Origin: an uncultured virus (IMG/VR IMGVR_UViG_3300020455_000010)
Lineage: Duplodnaviria; Heunggongvirae; Uroviricota; Caudoviricetes
IMG/VR virus record: IMGVR_UViG_3300020455_000010
Length of the DNA: 64,000 bases
Reading direction: 5' to 3' (one strand)
The notes under the pieces are model-generated. The model was not told the DNA's origin. It did not search any database and was given only the letters and a program-made list of their open reading frames with translations. The first letter of the stretch is position 1; every line of letters begins with the position of its first letter. Made by a program: the position numbers and the translations under genes. Shown piece by piece: positions 21,001 to 28,266 of this stretch.

Positions 21001-21669
21001 TCAACCAAAGCAGCAACACAAACAGATACTGCCAGAGATATCGATGCTGCAGAAACAATAGTTCTTGTTGAATCAGCAGCAGGAGTTGATGTAGATGATT
21101 TCCTTAAGATTGATAATGAATTCTTCCGTGTTACATCTTCAGCTACAATAACAACTGGTTTAACTACCATTGTACTTGCTGAAGAAAAAGCCGCTGATTC
21201 ATTTGATAGACAGGCCACAAAGATTAGGTACTTGTATTCTCAAGTACGTCTAACAGGTCATGACTTCTTGGATATTGGTTGTGGATCCAAATCACAAACC
21301 AACTTCCCTGGTACACCAAACCAAGCTCCTGCACCTGGTAATGAAGTTACTGAAGATTTCCCTGGAAGAGTCTTCTATGTATCTACTGACCAAGATGGTA
21401 ACTTCAAGGTTGGTCGTTACTTTAAGGTTAATCAGGCAACTGGTGCAACAACCTTGAATGCATCTTCATTCGATCTATCTGGTCTATCCAGTTTGAGATT
21501 GGGTTCTATTGGTGCTCAAATTGGTGAGAGCATCAGTGAATTCTCATCTGATGTTACACTATCTGCTAACAGCAATAACAAATGCCCTACACAGAAAGCA
21601 ACCAAGACTTATGTTGACAACGAAAATGCAGCAGCAGCCAAAGATGGTTTCTTCTACGGTATGAGTTAA
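18079..21669 (+). CDS. large tail fibre or spike-like protein
   Basis: N-terminal W-x5-Y-x2-GD-x-V repeats (CBM5/12-like); FYVTPDGSD...IYVKAGTYEE pectin-lyase-like start; C-terminal PTQKATKTYVD. Confidence 0.75.
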   Translation: MADFRLGRLKFNWRGDWTGASAYVIDDIVKFGANTYVCTTNHTSVSLETDWYITDLNKWQLHTEGIALKGDWSGVSIFYKLNDIVKYGNDQYRCTTGHTSSATFASGNFVSYVSGLKFEDSWVVGTEYQVGDIVVFGGYTYVSKTTNIGIAPNTSIDVNWEILTTGFKVVGNWDNTTTYKPGDVVLLGGNSYAAKSTNTNSQPTSVNNNWDFIVGGFTWRGNWDAATAYNPGDCISRLSHSYISVAANTNEEPENDVNGDYWNPLTQGAQSNVLTDPGDILYVSGAGSTRLPVGTNGQVLTVEGGYPAWKNNSVTQKVFYVTPDGSDTNTGENITQAFKTIRHATDTVTGPATIYVKAGTYEETLPMTVPEFVSIVGDNMRTTVIKPDAGNNSSTQEVTLASAPVASSRVRGETVTNGQQGAHTFVSAAANALSVTGAGTKNVDTAAYDPDTGVLTITSAGHGLNAANTVTIAANALTFTCARDSHGTQHTYPRATDPAHATALAVTVVDSDNITVNVGIANKEAMVLDDLQAGTKLVLKPTKGGNWNTNDTFDDGASGVAVSAQSPILNEHSTLFYLSNKTMMKDLVMDGMAGFVPSVSDPKDLHTATIKGVFLRLNPNSKTLKSPYVSQCSCFSDGGVGAIVDGSVHDKYDSDATPSNKTMLFDSYSQIHSTGTGSGVGFWVTGNSYAEIVSCFTYYAHISYCATDGGQIRSLAGNSSWGTYGIVSAGFNQTETTIDGFVDGEALTYDPLTLSSPPLEFETDEQIVGGTSGAIGEILSHQPSSNTLLYRALKGTFTQNEIVTGSTSGASCTLLNNSDAQKGQDGFTITLGGLSEAPTVGGSLEFVTGAGGAGADTFTYVVANSSFSPANGRGNLGVTRGALSSTAAAHDGLTNIIRYAYKGDLTLGAAVADATTTTITVSSISNLDTGGFMVVGDEIMEVVTFPSSTSCTVNRGAEGTTATAHSDGITVFGISTKAATQTDTARDIDAAETIVLVESAAGVDVDDFLKIDNEFFRVTSSATITTGLTTIVLAEEKAADSFDRQATKIRYLYSQVRLTGHDFLDIGCGSKSQTNFPGTPNQAPAPGNEVTEDFPGRVFYVSTDQDGNFKVGRYFKVNQATGATTLNASSFDLSGLSSLRLGSIGAQIGESISEFSSDVTLSANSNNKCPTQKATKTYVDNENAAAAKDGFFYGMS

Positions 21670-21739
21670 TCTCATACCCTTTGTCTAATTAACGAAACAA
21701 ATAAATTCACTAAATATTAATATAGGAAAGAGATAACCC

Positions 21740-22057
21740 ATGGCATCTGGAATATTAGGGCAATCTGCCCCAGCAGCAACTACTAATACTGTTGTTTATA
21801 CAGTACCTGCTTCAACTGTGGCGGTTGTAAACATTAGTGTAGTAAATCGAAGTGGAAGTGCTGTAACCGCAAGGGTTGCTCTTGCTGCAGCATCCACTCC
21901 TCAAACCGAGGAGTTTATCGAATACAATACTTCTATAACAGCAACAGGAGTTCTGGAAAGAACTGGTGTTGTACTTGACGCTGGTAAAAAAGTCGTAGTT
22001 TATGCTTCTGCTGGAGACACTTCTGTAAGTGTTTACGGTTTAGAATCAGCAGCTTGA
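21740..22057 (+). CDS. small beta-sandwich fibre adaptor protein
   Basis: VYTVPAS...N...RVAL...IEYN...LERTGVVL; same domain occurs twice in 29115..30245. Confidence 0.7.
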   Translation: MASGILGQSAPAATTNTVVYTVPASTVAVVNISVVNRSGSAVTARVALAAASTPQTEEFIEYNTSITATGVLERTGVVLDAGKKVVVYASAGDTSVSVYGLESAA

Positions 22058-22072
22058 TAAGAGGAACTAACA

Positions 22073-22915
22073 ATGGCAAGATTTAAAGGCGATTCGTCTG
22101 GAAGGAATACAGTACAATACGCAGATGCCAAAGTTGCTTCTGCTTGTAGTGACCTGTGTACCTACGTTAATAACGAAGTAAGTTCGATTAACTCCAATAA
22201 ATTAAGTACTAATGGATCGGGTGCTAACTTAACAGGTGTTGTTCATTCTGTAAATGCTGGATCAGGTATTTCAGTAAACCAAACAACTGGAGCAGTAACA
22301 GTTACTGCTGCTGGTGGTTCATCAGGTGGTCCTGAAATATTATACGCATGTAACACTTGTTGGAATGGTTCTGTAGCTATCCCGTCAGATAAGAGGGGTG
22401 CTTTCAGTCATTACGAAATAATGGGTACGACAGGAAAGGGTTACTACTATTGCTCTCAAATGGCGTATTGTTTTGAGGCATGGCCTGGATGCCAACCAGG
22501 ATACCAAGCTGGTTACTGTTGTGCACACTGTTCTTGTGGATGGATGGGAGACAACAAATGTTCAAATGGTTCTTGGCAGTATACTTGTGCTGGAGCAATT
22601 GCATGGCCTATTGGATGTTCCAGTGACTGTAGGACAGCATGTTCATATAATGGTTATCAGTGGCATAATAGAATTTCATCAGACAATCCTTGTAGTGCTG
22701 GCGAGAGAGGATTCCGCTATTGCTTCACTACTTCAATGAACGGCGACAGTACTATGTGCTGTATTGGTGTTAGAAATTCAGGATATGCTTATCCTTGTTG
22801 TGGAATGCATGGTGCATGTTTGAAAGGATTCTGTTTCTCTACTCCTAGTGGATCAAACCCATTCAATTGTCACTCAACAGTAACCGTAATAGGATACGGT
22901 AGATTGCCTGTTTAA
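22073..22915 (+). CDS. cysteine-rich fibre-tip or adhesin-like protein
   Basis: GSGANLTG and AGSGISV fibre-shaft motifs, then a domain with 23 of the 25 Cys. Confidence 0.75.
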   Translation: MARFKGDSSGRNTVQYADAKVASACSDLCTYVNNEVSSINSNKLSTNGSGANLTGVVHSVNAGSGISVNQTTGAVTVTAAGGSSGGPEILYACNTCWNGSVAIPSDKRGAFSHYEIMGTTGKGYYYCSQMAYCFEAWPGCQPGYQAGYCCAHCSCGWMGDNKCSNGSWQYTCAGAIAWPIGCSSDCRTACSYNGYQWHNRISSDNPCSAGERGFRYCFTTSMNGDSTMCCIGVRNSGYAYPCCGMHGACLKGFCFSTPSGSNPFNCHSTVTVIGYGRLPV

Positions 22916-22962
22916 TTAACATAATTTTATTTAAATAAATAACATAGTAAAAAAGGAAAACC

Positions 22963-23325
22963 ATGAACAAATCAGAATTTTATTTAAAGTGGTATAGTGA
23001 AGAATGTGGTCGTGAGTTAAACGAGCATGGATACCCCCCTTGTGGATTCAAAGGTAAAGAAATAGAAACTGCTGATGAGTGGACAGATTATCTTACTACT
23101 GAAATTGATTTAGATGATTTTTGTAAGTTAAGTGAAAGAGCGTGTGAAATTCTAGGAAAAACATGGCAAGTACCATATGTACAAGCTAGAAACTATCCTG
23201 ATATGGGTGACCAACTAGACCAACTCTTTTGGGATATTGATGGTGGTAAACTAGGTGCAGATGCAAAAACAGGTGCTTGGTATACTGCAATTAAAAAAAT
23301 AAAAGACGATAATCCAAAAAATTAA
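22963..23325 (+). CDS. putative tail fibre assembly chaperone
   Basis: YVQARNYPDMGDQLDQLFWDID...WYTAIKKIKDDNPK motif that typically follows marine phage fibre genes. Confidence 0.6.
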   Translation: MNKSEFYLKWYSEECGRELNEHGYPPCGFKGKEIETADEWTDYLTTEIDLDDFCKLSERACEILGKTWQVPYVQARNYPDMGDQLDQLFWDIDGGKLGADAKTGAWYTAIKKIKDDNPKN

Positions 23326-23349
23326 TTAAGTTATAATTCGGTTTTCTTT

Positions 23350-23391
23350 AATCCATGGGTCAGAAATGCTCCATGGATTCTTGTATAAATA
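23350..23391 (+). promoter_or_regulatory. hairpin followed by late promoter upstream of GT9
   Basis: AATCCATGG...CCATGGATT inverted repeat at 23350-23379; TATAAATA at 23384-23391. Confidence 0.65.
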
Positions 23392-23411
23392 ATGGTAAGT
23401 GAGATATTTTT

Positions 23412-24578
23412 ATGAAAGATGAAATAACTTCTCCTAACACGAGAGCGAGAAAAAAAGTTTTTATGGTTAGTGGTGGTGCTGGTAGAATTATATGTGCATT
23501 ACCTGCTTTTCAAAAATATTTAAAAATAAATGGACCAGATAGTTTTTATATTGTTTCTCAATCTGGACTACCGTTTTTTCTAGGAACAGAATTTCAAGAT
23601 ATATCTTTTGATCCTTCACATAAAGGATTATTTAAAGATATTATCAAAGATAATAACCTGATAAATTTAGAACCATATCAGGAATATGGATATTATAATC
23701 AAGAAAAATCATTAACAGAGTCTTTTGATAAACTCGTTAATGGTACTGATGATCATGAAGATTTAGAAAAACCAAAAATAATTTTATCGAAGACCGAAGA
23801 AATAAACGCACAAGATATAATTGCTGAAGTAATAAAGCAACAGGGAAAGGAAAGAACTATAGTTATTCAACCATTTGGAAGAAACGGTACAGAACACAAA
23901 GGTGGTCATGTTGTTGATCCAACTAGCAGGTCTTTAAGTACAGATGATTATTTTTATATTTCCGAACGACTTCGGAAATATTATAATGTAATTTCTATGA
24001 CAGAAATTAAATTTGATAACGATAAGAATATGTACGTAGATGCCGATCTACGTCACTGGGCTGGTATTATAGATGCAGCAGATTATTTTGTTGGTGTAGA
24101 TTCATGTGGACAGCATATGGCATATGCTTTTGATAAACCAGGAAGTGTTATTCTCGGAAGTACATTTGCAGAAAATATATCTTATCCAGAACATTTTAAT
24201 ATTGTAGAAAAAGAGAATAACCCTAAACAATATTCTCCAATTAGAATAGATGGAATGGATGGTGAGTTGACAGATAGAAAAAATGATACTTGTATGGATT
24301 ATACCAAGGCAGAATTAGAAGATATAAAAAATAAGATCTTAAAAGATATTCAGGATACAATTGGAGAAGGTGGAAATGCAAAAAAAGCTATAGTAAGTGA
24401 TACATATTTTGATGACGAAGTAATTCCAAAATACTTTCCAAATAGAAAAGATGGTGCTCCAAAAGCACACAGAAAACCTAAAAAATCTTTTAATCAACTT
24501 ATTGACGTTAAACCCGTTAAAACAAAATCTAAAAAATCTATTGACAAAGTTTTAGAAAAAAATAATATAGAATCTTAA
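23412..24578 (+). CDS. GT9-family (ADP-heptose heptosyltransferase-like) glycosyltransferase
   Basis: SGGAGRIICALPA N-terminal motif, IVIQPFG, FVGVDSCGQHMAYAFDKPGSVILGST. Confidence 0.8.
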   Translation: MKDEITSPNTRARKKVFMVSGGAGRIICALPAFQKYLKINGPDSFYIVSQSGLPFFLGTEFQDISFDPSHKGLFKDIIKDNNLINLEPYQEYGYYNQEKSLTESFDKLVNGTDDHEDLEKPKIILSKTEEINAQDIIAEVIKQQGKERTIVIQPFGRNGTEHKGGHVVDPTSRSLSTDDYFYISERLRKYYNVISMTEIKFDNDKNMYVDADLRHWAGIIDAADYFVGVDSCGQHMAYAFDKPGSVILGSTFAENISYPEHFNIVEKENNPKQYSPIRIDGMDGELTDRKNDTCMDYTKAELEDIKNKILKDIQDTIGEGGNAKKAIVSDTYFDDEVIPKYFPNRKDGAPKAHRKPKKSFNQLIDVKPVKTKSKKSIDKVLEKNNIES

Positions 24579-24587
24579 TTTAAAATT

Positions 24588-26321
24588 ATGAGTATTATTG
24601 TATCGTGTGCCCGTGGTCATAACTCCAGTACCACACTAATGATAGATGGAGAAATAATTTTCTATCTAGAAGAAGAAAGATTGACAAGATTAAAATATGA
24701 TGGAGCACCTCTTGCTGGATTAATTAAAGTATTTGATTATGTTGATAAAATTGATCATCTTGTGGTTTGTCACACACATGAAAATGGTCCTGAACTTGAT
24801 TGGTGTGGAGGAGATGTTTATTCAGGACTTGTTAGAAAATTAGCAAGAAAGAAATTTAAATTTAATTTACATCATATTTGTGAAATTCATCACGAAATGC
24901 ATGCGTCAGCTGCATTCTTTAATTCTGGATTTGAAACTGCAGCAACAGTTGTTGCTGATGGTGCTGGTAGTTTTCTTGATGTAGGAGATTGTCCAGATAC
25001 ATCATATGAATTTGAAACTATTTTCCATACAAAATATCCTAATATATTTGATGTTGTGTATAAGCACATGGGTACTAAAGCATCTATTGGTTTTCATGAA
25101 TTAAAAGATAATATATTCCTAACAGAGTATCCTGGTCATACTAAAATGTATGAAGCAGTAACAAAATATTGTGGATTCCCTGCTATTGAAGCAGGTAAGA
25201 CTATGGGTCTTGCTCCATATGGTAAACCAAATGATGAGATACCATCATTTTTTAATGGAGAATGGGGTAATCGAAATTTAATTATCCCAACTTATCCTAA
25301 TGCTGCTGAAATAAATGTTGACAGATATAAGATTTTTAAGGATGATGTTAAAAAACACAAAGAAGGAGAGTACACTGATTTACAAAAAGATTTAGCATAT
25401 AAGATTCAAGAACAATCATCTGATCGTATGTGTGATCTTATTCAAAAAGCAGTTGATTTAACTGGTGAAAAGAATATTTGTATTTCTGGTGGTTATGGTC
25501 TTAACTGTGTAGCAAATTATAAGTATTGGGAGCGTTTCCCTAATTTAAACATCTACTGTGAACCTATATCACATGATGGTGGTACATCTGTTGGTGGAGC
25601 ATATTATATTCACTATAAGGAATCTGGTGACACAAAACCAAGAAATAGAACATCAGTATATTATGGTCCTCAATATGATCCAAAATCTTATGAAGATCAG
25701 ATAAAAGATCTGGAATTAAAAGATGTGTCGTATGATGATGTTGCTGCACTTATTCGTGAAGGTAATATTGTTACTATATTTCAAGGTAAATCAGAAGGTG
25801 GTCCCCGTGCTTTAGGTAATCGTTCTATCCTATTTGATCCAACCATTAAGGATGGTAAAGATATTGTTAATAAGGTTAAACGTAGAGAGTGGTTTAGACC
25901 ATTTGCGTGTTCTATTAAAGAAGAGAAAGTCCATGAATGGTTTGATCTCAAAGGAAGAGATAAGACACCATTTATGATGTATGCTGTTAAATGTCACGAA
26001 GGTATTGAAGAGAAGATACCATCAGTAATTCATGTTGATGGTACATGTCGTATTCAAACTGTAACGAAAGAAGAAAATAAACATTACTATAATCTCATTG
26101 ATGCTTTTGAGAAAATTACAGATGTACCTATTCTCTTTAACACTAGTTTTAATCTTGGGGGAGATCCTTTGGTCGAAACTATTGAGGATGCACTTGATAC
26201 ATTAAGTCAAAGTGATATTGAATACATGTATCTTCCAGAGATTGGGAAGTTAGTTAAAGTCCCTAATAAGAGTATAGACCATTCAAATGTTGTATCAAAG
26301 AAGATTAAGTTCATTAAATGA
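24588..26321 (+). CDS. O-carbamoyltransferase, NodU/CmcH/TobZ family
   Basis: EEERLTRLK, HHEMHA, GKTMGLAPYG, GLNCVAN, GPRALGNRS, RREWFRPFA, HVDGTCRIQTV, NTSFN. Confidence 0.95.
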   Translation: MSIIVSCARGHNSSTTLMIDGEIIFYLEEERLTRLKYDGAPLAGLIKVFDYVDKIDHLVVCHTHENGPELDWCGGDVYSGLVRKLARKKFKFNLHHICEIHHEMHASAAFFNSGFETAATVVADGAGSFLDVGDCPDTSYEFETIFHTKYPNIFDVVYKHMGTKASIGFHELKDNIFLTEYPGHTKMYEAVTKYCGFPAIEAGKTMGLAPYGKPNDEIPSFFNGEWGNRNLIIPTYPNAAEINVDRYKIFKDDVKKHKEGEYTDLQKDLAYKIQEQSSDRMCDLIQKAVDLTGEKNICISGGYGLNCVANYKYWERFPNLNIYCEPISHDGGTSVGGAYYIHYKESGDTKPRNRTSVYYGPQYDPKSYEDQIKDLELKDVSYDDVAALIREGNIVTIFQGKSEGGPRALGNRSILFDPTIKDGKDIVNKVKRREWFRPFACSIKEEKVHEWFDLKGRDKTPFMMYAVKCHEGIEEKIPSVIHVDGTCRIQTVTKEENKHYYNLIDAFEKITDVPILFNTSFNLGGDPLVETIEDALDTLSQSDIEYMYLPEIGKLVKVPNKSIDHSNVVSKKIKFIK

Positions 26322-26716
26322 AGATAGTTTTTGTTAATGGATGTTTTGATGTTCTTCACCCAGGTCATATAGCACTATTTCAATATGCAAAATCTCTTGG
26401 TGACTATTTAATAGTTGCCATAGATTCTGATGAGAAGGTGGCATTAGATAAAGGGTTTGATAGACCTATCTTTACAATGGAAGATAGGAGATTTGTGTTA
26501 GAAGCTATTGAATGTATTGACATAGTTCACACATTTAATAATAGGTCGGGTTTAGAAAACTTGCTAGAATGTATCAAACCTGATATACTGGTGGTTGGAT
26601 CCGATTGGAAAAACGGTGTTGTCGTAGGACGTGAACATGCTAAAGAAGTTAAATTCTTTGAAAGACAAGGAGATTACTCCACAAGTCGTACAATTCAAGG
26701 TATTAGTTATAGGTGA
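26318..26716 (+). CDS. heptose-1-phosphate nucleotidyltransferase (RfaE/HldE domain II-like)
   Basis: NGCFDVLHPGH (HxGH), KGFDRPI, PDILVVGSDW, YSTS. Confidence 0.85.
   Translation: MKIVFVNGCFDVLHPGHIALFQYAKSLGDYLIVAIDSDEKVALDKGFDRPIFTMEDRRFVLEAIECIDIVHTFNNRSGLENLLECIKPDILVVGSDWKNGVVVGREHAKEVKFFERQGDYSTSRTIQGISYR
26561..26589 (+). promoter_or_regulatory. putative sigma70-type promoter inside the nucleotidyltransferase gene
   Basis: TTGCTA-N17-TATACT with TG extension, 48 nt upstream of the ATG at 26637. Confidence 0.45.
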
Positions 26717-27473
26717 AACATGCGTAGATAGATACATCTACGGTAAGACCTCTAGATTAAGTCCAGAGGCACCTGTTCCTGTTCTAGAGTACGAACGTAA
26801 AGAAGAGTGTCAAGGAATGGCACAGAACGTCAGGAACAACCTAATGTCATTTGGTTGTGATGTTTATATTATGAGTAATGAATTAAAACCAGTTAAGACA
26901 AGATATGTTGATATTCGTTCTAATCAACAGATCATGAGACTTGATGAAAATGATGAGGTTGATTCTTTTAATTGGGAGTTACCTGATGGCAATTCTTATC
27001 CTACTGGTATACATAATCACCCAACTCCTTTGGGGGATCCTTTTGATGCTATGGTTATATCTGACTACAATAAAGGATTCCTTTCGGAAGAAAAGATATT
27101 TGAATTAGTTGAGTGGTTTGATGGTCCTGTATTCATAGACAGTAAGAAAACCAAATTACCAAAGAAGAATTGTTTTATTAAAATCAATGAGTTAGAGAGA
27201 AGTAAATTAAAAGGAAAGTATCCTAATGCTATTGTAACTAAAGGTTCTCAAGGAGCAGAGTATAAAGGTATACCATATCTTGGTGTTAAGGTTCCTACCT
27301 TTGATGTATCAGGTGCAGGTGATACCTTTCTTGCTGCGTTAACATATTTCTATCTTGAATCTGGAAGGATAGAGTTAGCAATACCTCTTGCTAATCGTGC
27401 TGCTTCAATTGCTGTACAACATCCAGGTACTTATATTCTTTCTATTGATGAAGCAGATGATTTACGTAGTTGA
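26637..27473 (+). CDS. PfkB-family heptose-7-phosphate kinase (RfaE/HldE domain I-like)
   Basis: VLVIGETCVDRY, RLSPEAPVPV, ISDYNKG, DVSGAGDTFLA; start at ATG 26637 (AGGA upstream) is uncertain. Confidence 0.88.
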   Translation: MLKKLNSLKDKEITPQVVQFKVLVIGETCVDRYIYGKTSRLSPEAPVPVLEYERKEECQGMAQNVRNNLMSFGCDVYIMSNELKPVKTRYVDIRSNQQIMRLDENDEVDSFNWELPDGNSYPTGIHNHPTPLGDPFDAMVISDYNKGFLSEEKIFELVEWFDGPVFIDSKKTKLPKKNCFIKINELERSKLKGKYPNAIVTKGSQGAEYKGIPYLGVKVPTFDVSGAGDTFLAALTYFYLESGRIELAIPLANRAASIAVQHPGTYILSIDEADDLRS

Positions 27474-27774
27474 TATTGACGGTACTATAAGTAATTGTCC
27501 AATAGGACAATACGAGAAATCCGAACCAATGATGGATCGGATAGAGAAGTTAAATAAATTGTATGATGAAGGAAACAGTATTGTTTTTTATACTGCTAGA
27601 GGTATGGGTAGGTTTGATGGTGATGGTCAGAAAGCACATGAAGCATTTTATGATCTAACTTATAATCAACTTAAGTCATGGGGATGTAAATTTGATAAGT
27701 TACACATGGGTAAATTCCATGCACATTACTTCATAGATGATAAAGGAATTAATTCCGAGGATTTCTTTGGATGA
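27457..27774 (+). CDS. small HAD-family phosphatase (possible GmhB substitute)
   Basis: YVVDIDGTI, YTARG, GK...FIDDKG. Confidence 0.8.
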   Translation: MIYVVDIDGTISNCPIGQYEKSEPMMDRIEKLNKLYDEGNSIVFYTARGMGRFDGDGQKAHEAFYDLTYNQLKSWGCKFDKLHMGKFHAHYFIDDKGINSEDFFG

Positions 27775-28112
27775 AGATAGTAGAAAAGGGATGGGGATAT
27801 GAGAAGTGGATCTGCAATAGTTCAAACTATTGTGGAAAACTTCTATTTTTTAATGCAGGTATGAAGTGTTCATATCATTATCACAAGATTAAAGATGAGA
27901 CATTCTATGTTCAGAGTGGTGAACTAAAGATGACTCATGGTTACGAAGATGATTTCTCTGATGCAAAGACAGTTATATTAAAGAAAGGTGATAAATTCTA
28001 TATCCCTCCTGGGTTAAGACACATGATGGAGGGTATTACAGATGTAGAATTATTCGAATTCTCTACAGAACATTTCGAAGATGATAGTTATAGAATAGTT
28101 AGGGGTGATTAA
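27771..28112 (+). CDS. cupin protein, mannose-6-phosphate isomerase-like
   Basis: KGWGYE, SYHYHKIKDETFYV, IPPGLRH. Confidence 0.8.
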   Translation: MKIVEKGWGYEKWICNSSNYCGKLLFFNAGMKCSYHYHKIKDETFYVQSGELKMTHGYEDDFSDAKTVILKKGDKFYIPPGLRHMMEGITDVELFEFSTEHFEDDSYRIVRGD

Positions 28113-28266
28113 ATTCTGTATGGAGTTTTGCATCTGCGAGTGATGCTGCCATTGTCCATGCTGATTCACCTGATACCATATGTTGATCGCAATAATGCTC
28201 TATGGTATCTTCCATAAGTTCCATTAAGGATATTAAGTTTGCTGCTTTTTCAGGAGTTATTGACAT
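28099..28266 (-). CDS. small hypothetical protein (55 aa), not in ORF track
   Basis: MSITPEKAANLISLMELMEDTIEHYCDQHMVSGESAWTMAASLADAKLHTEFNHP; overlaps the hldD 3' end. Confidence 0.6.
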   Translation of the reverse strand: MSITPEKAANLISLMELMEDTIEHYCDQHMVSGESAWTMAASLADAKLHTEFNHP

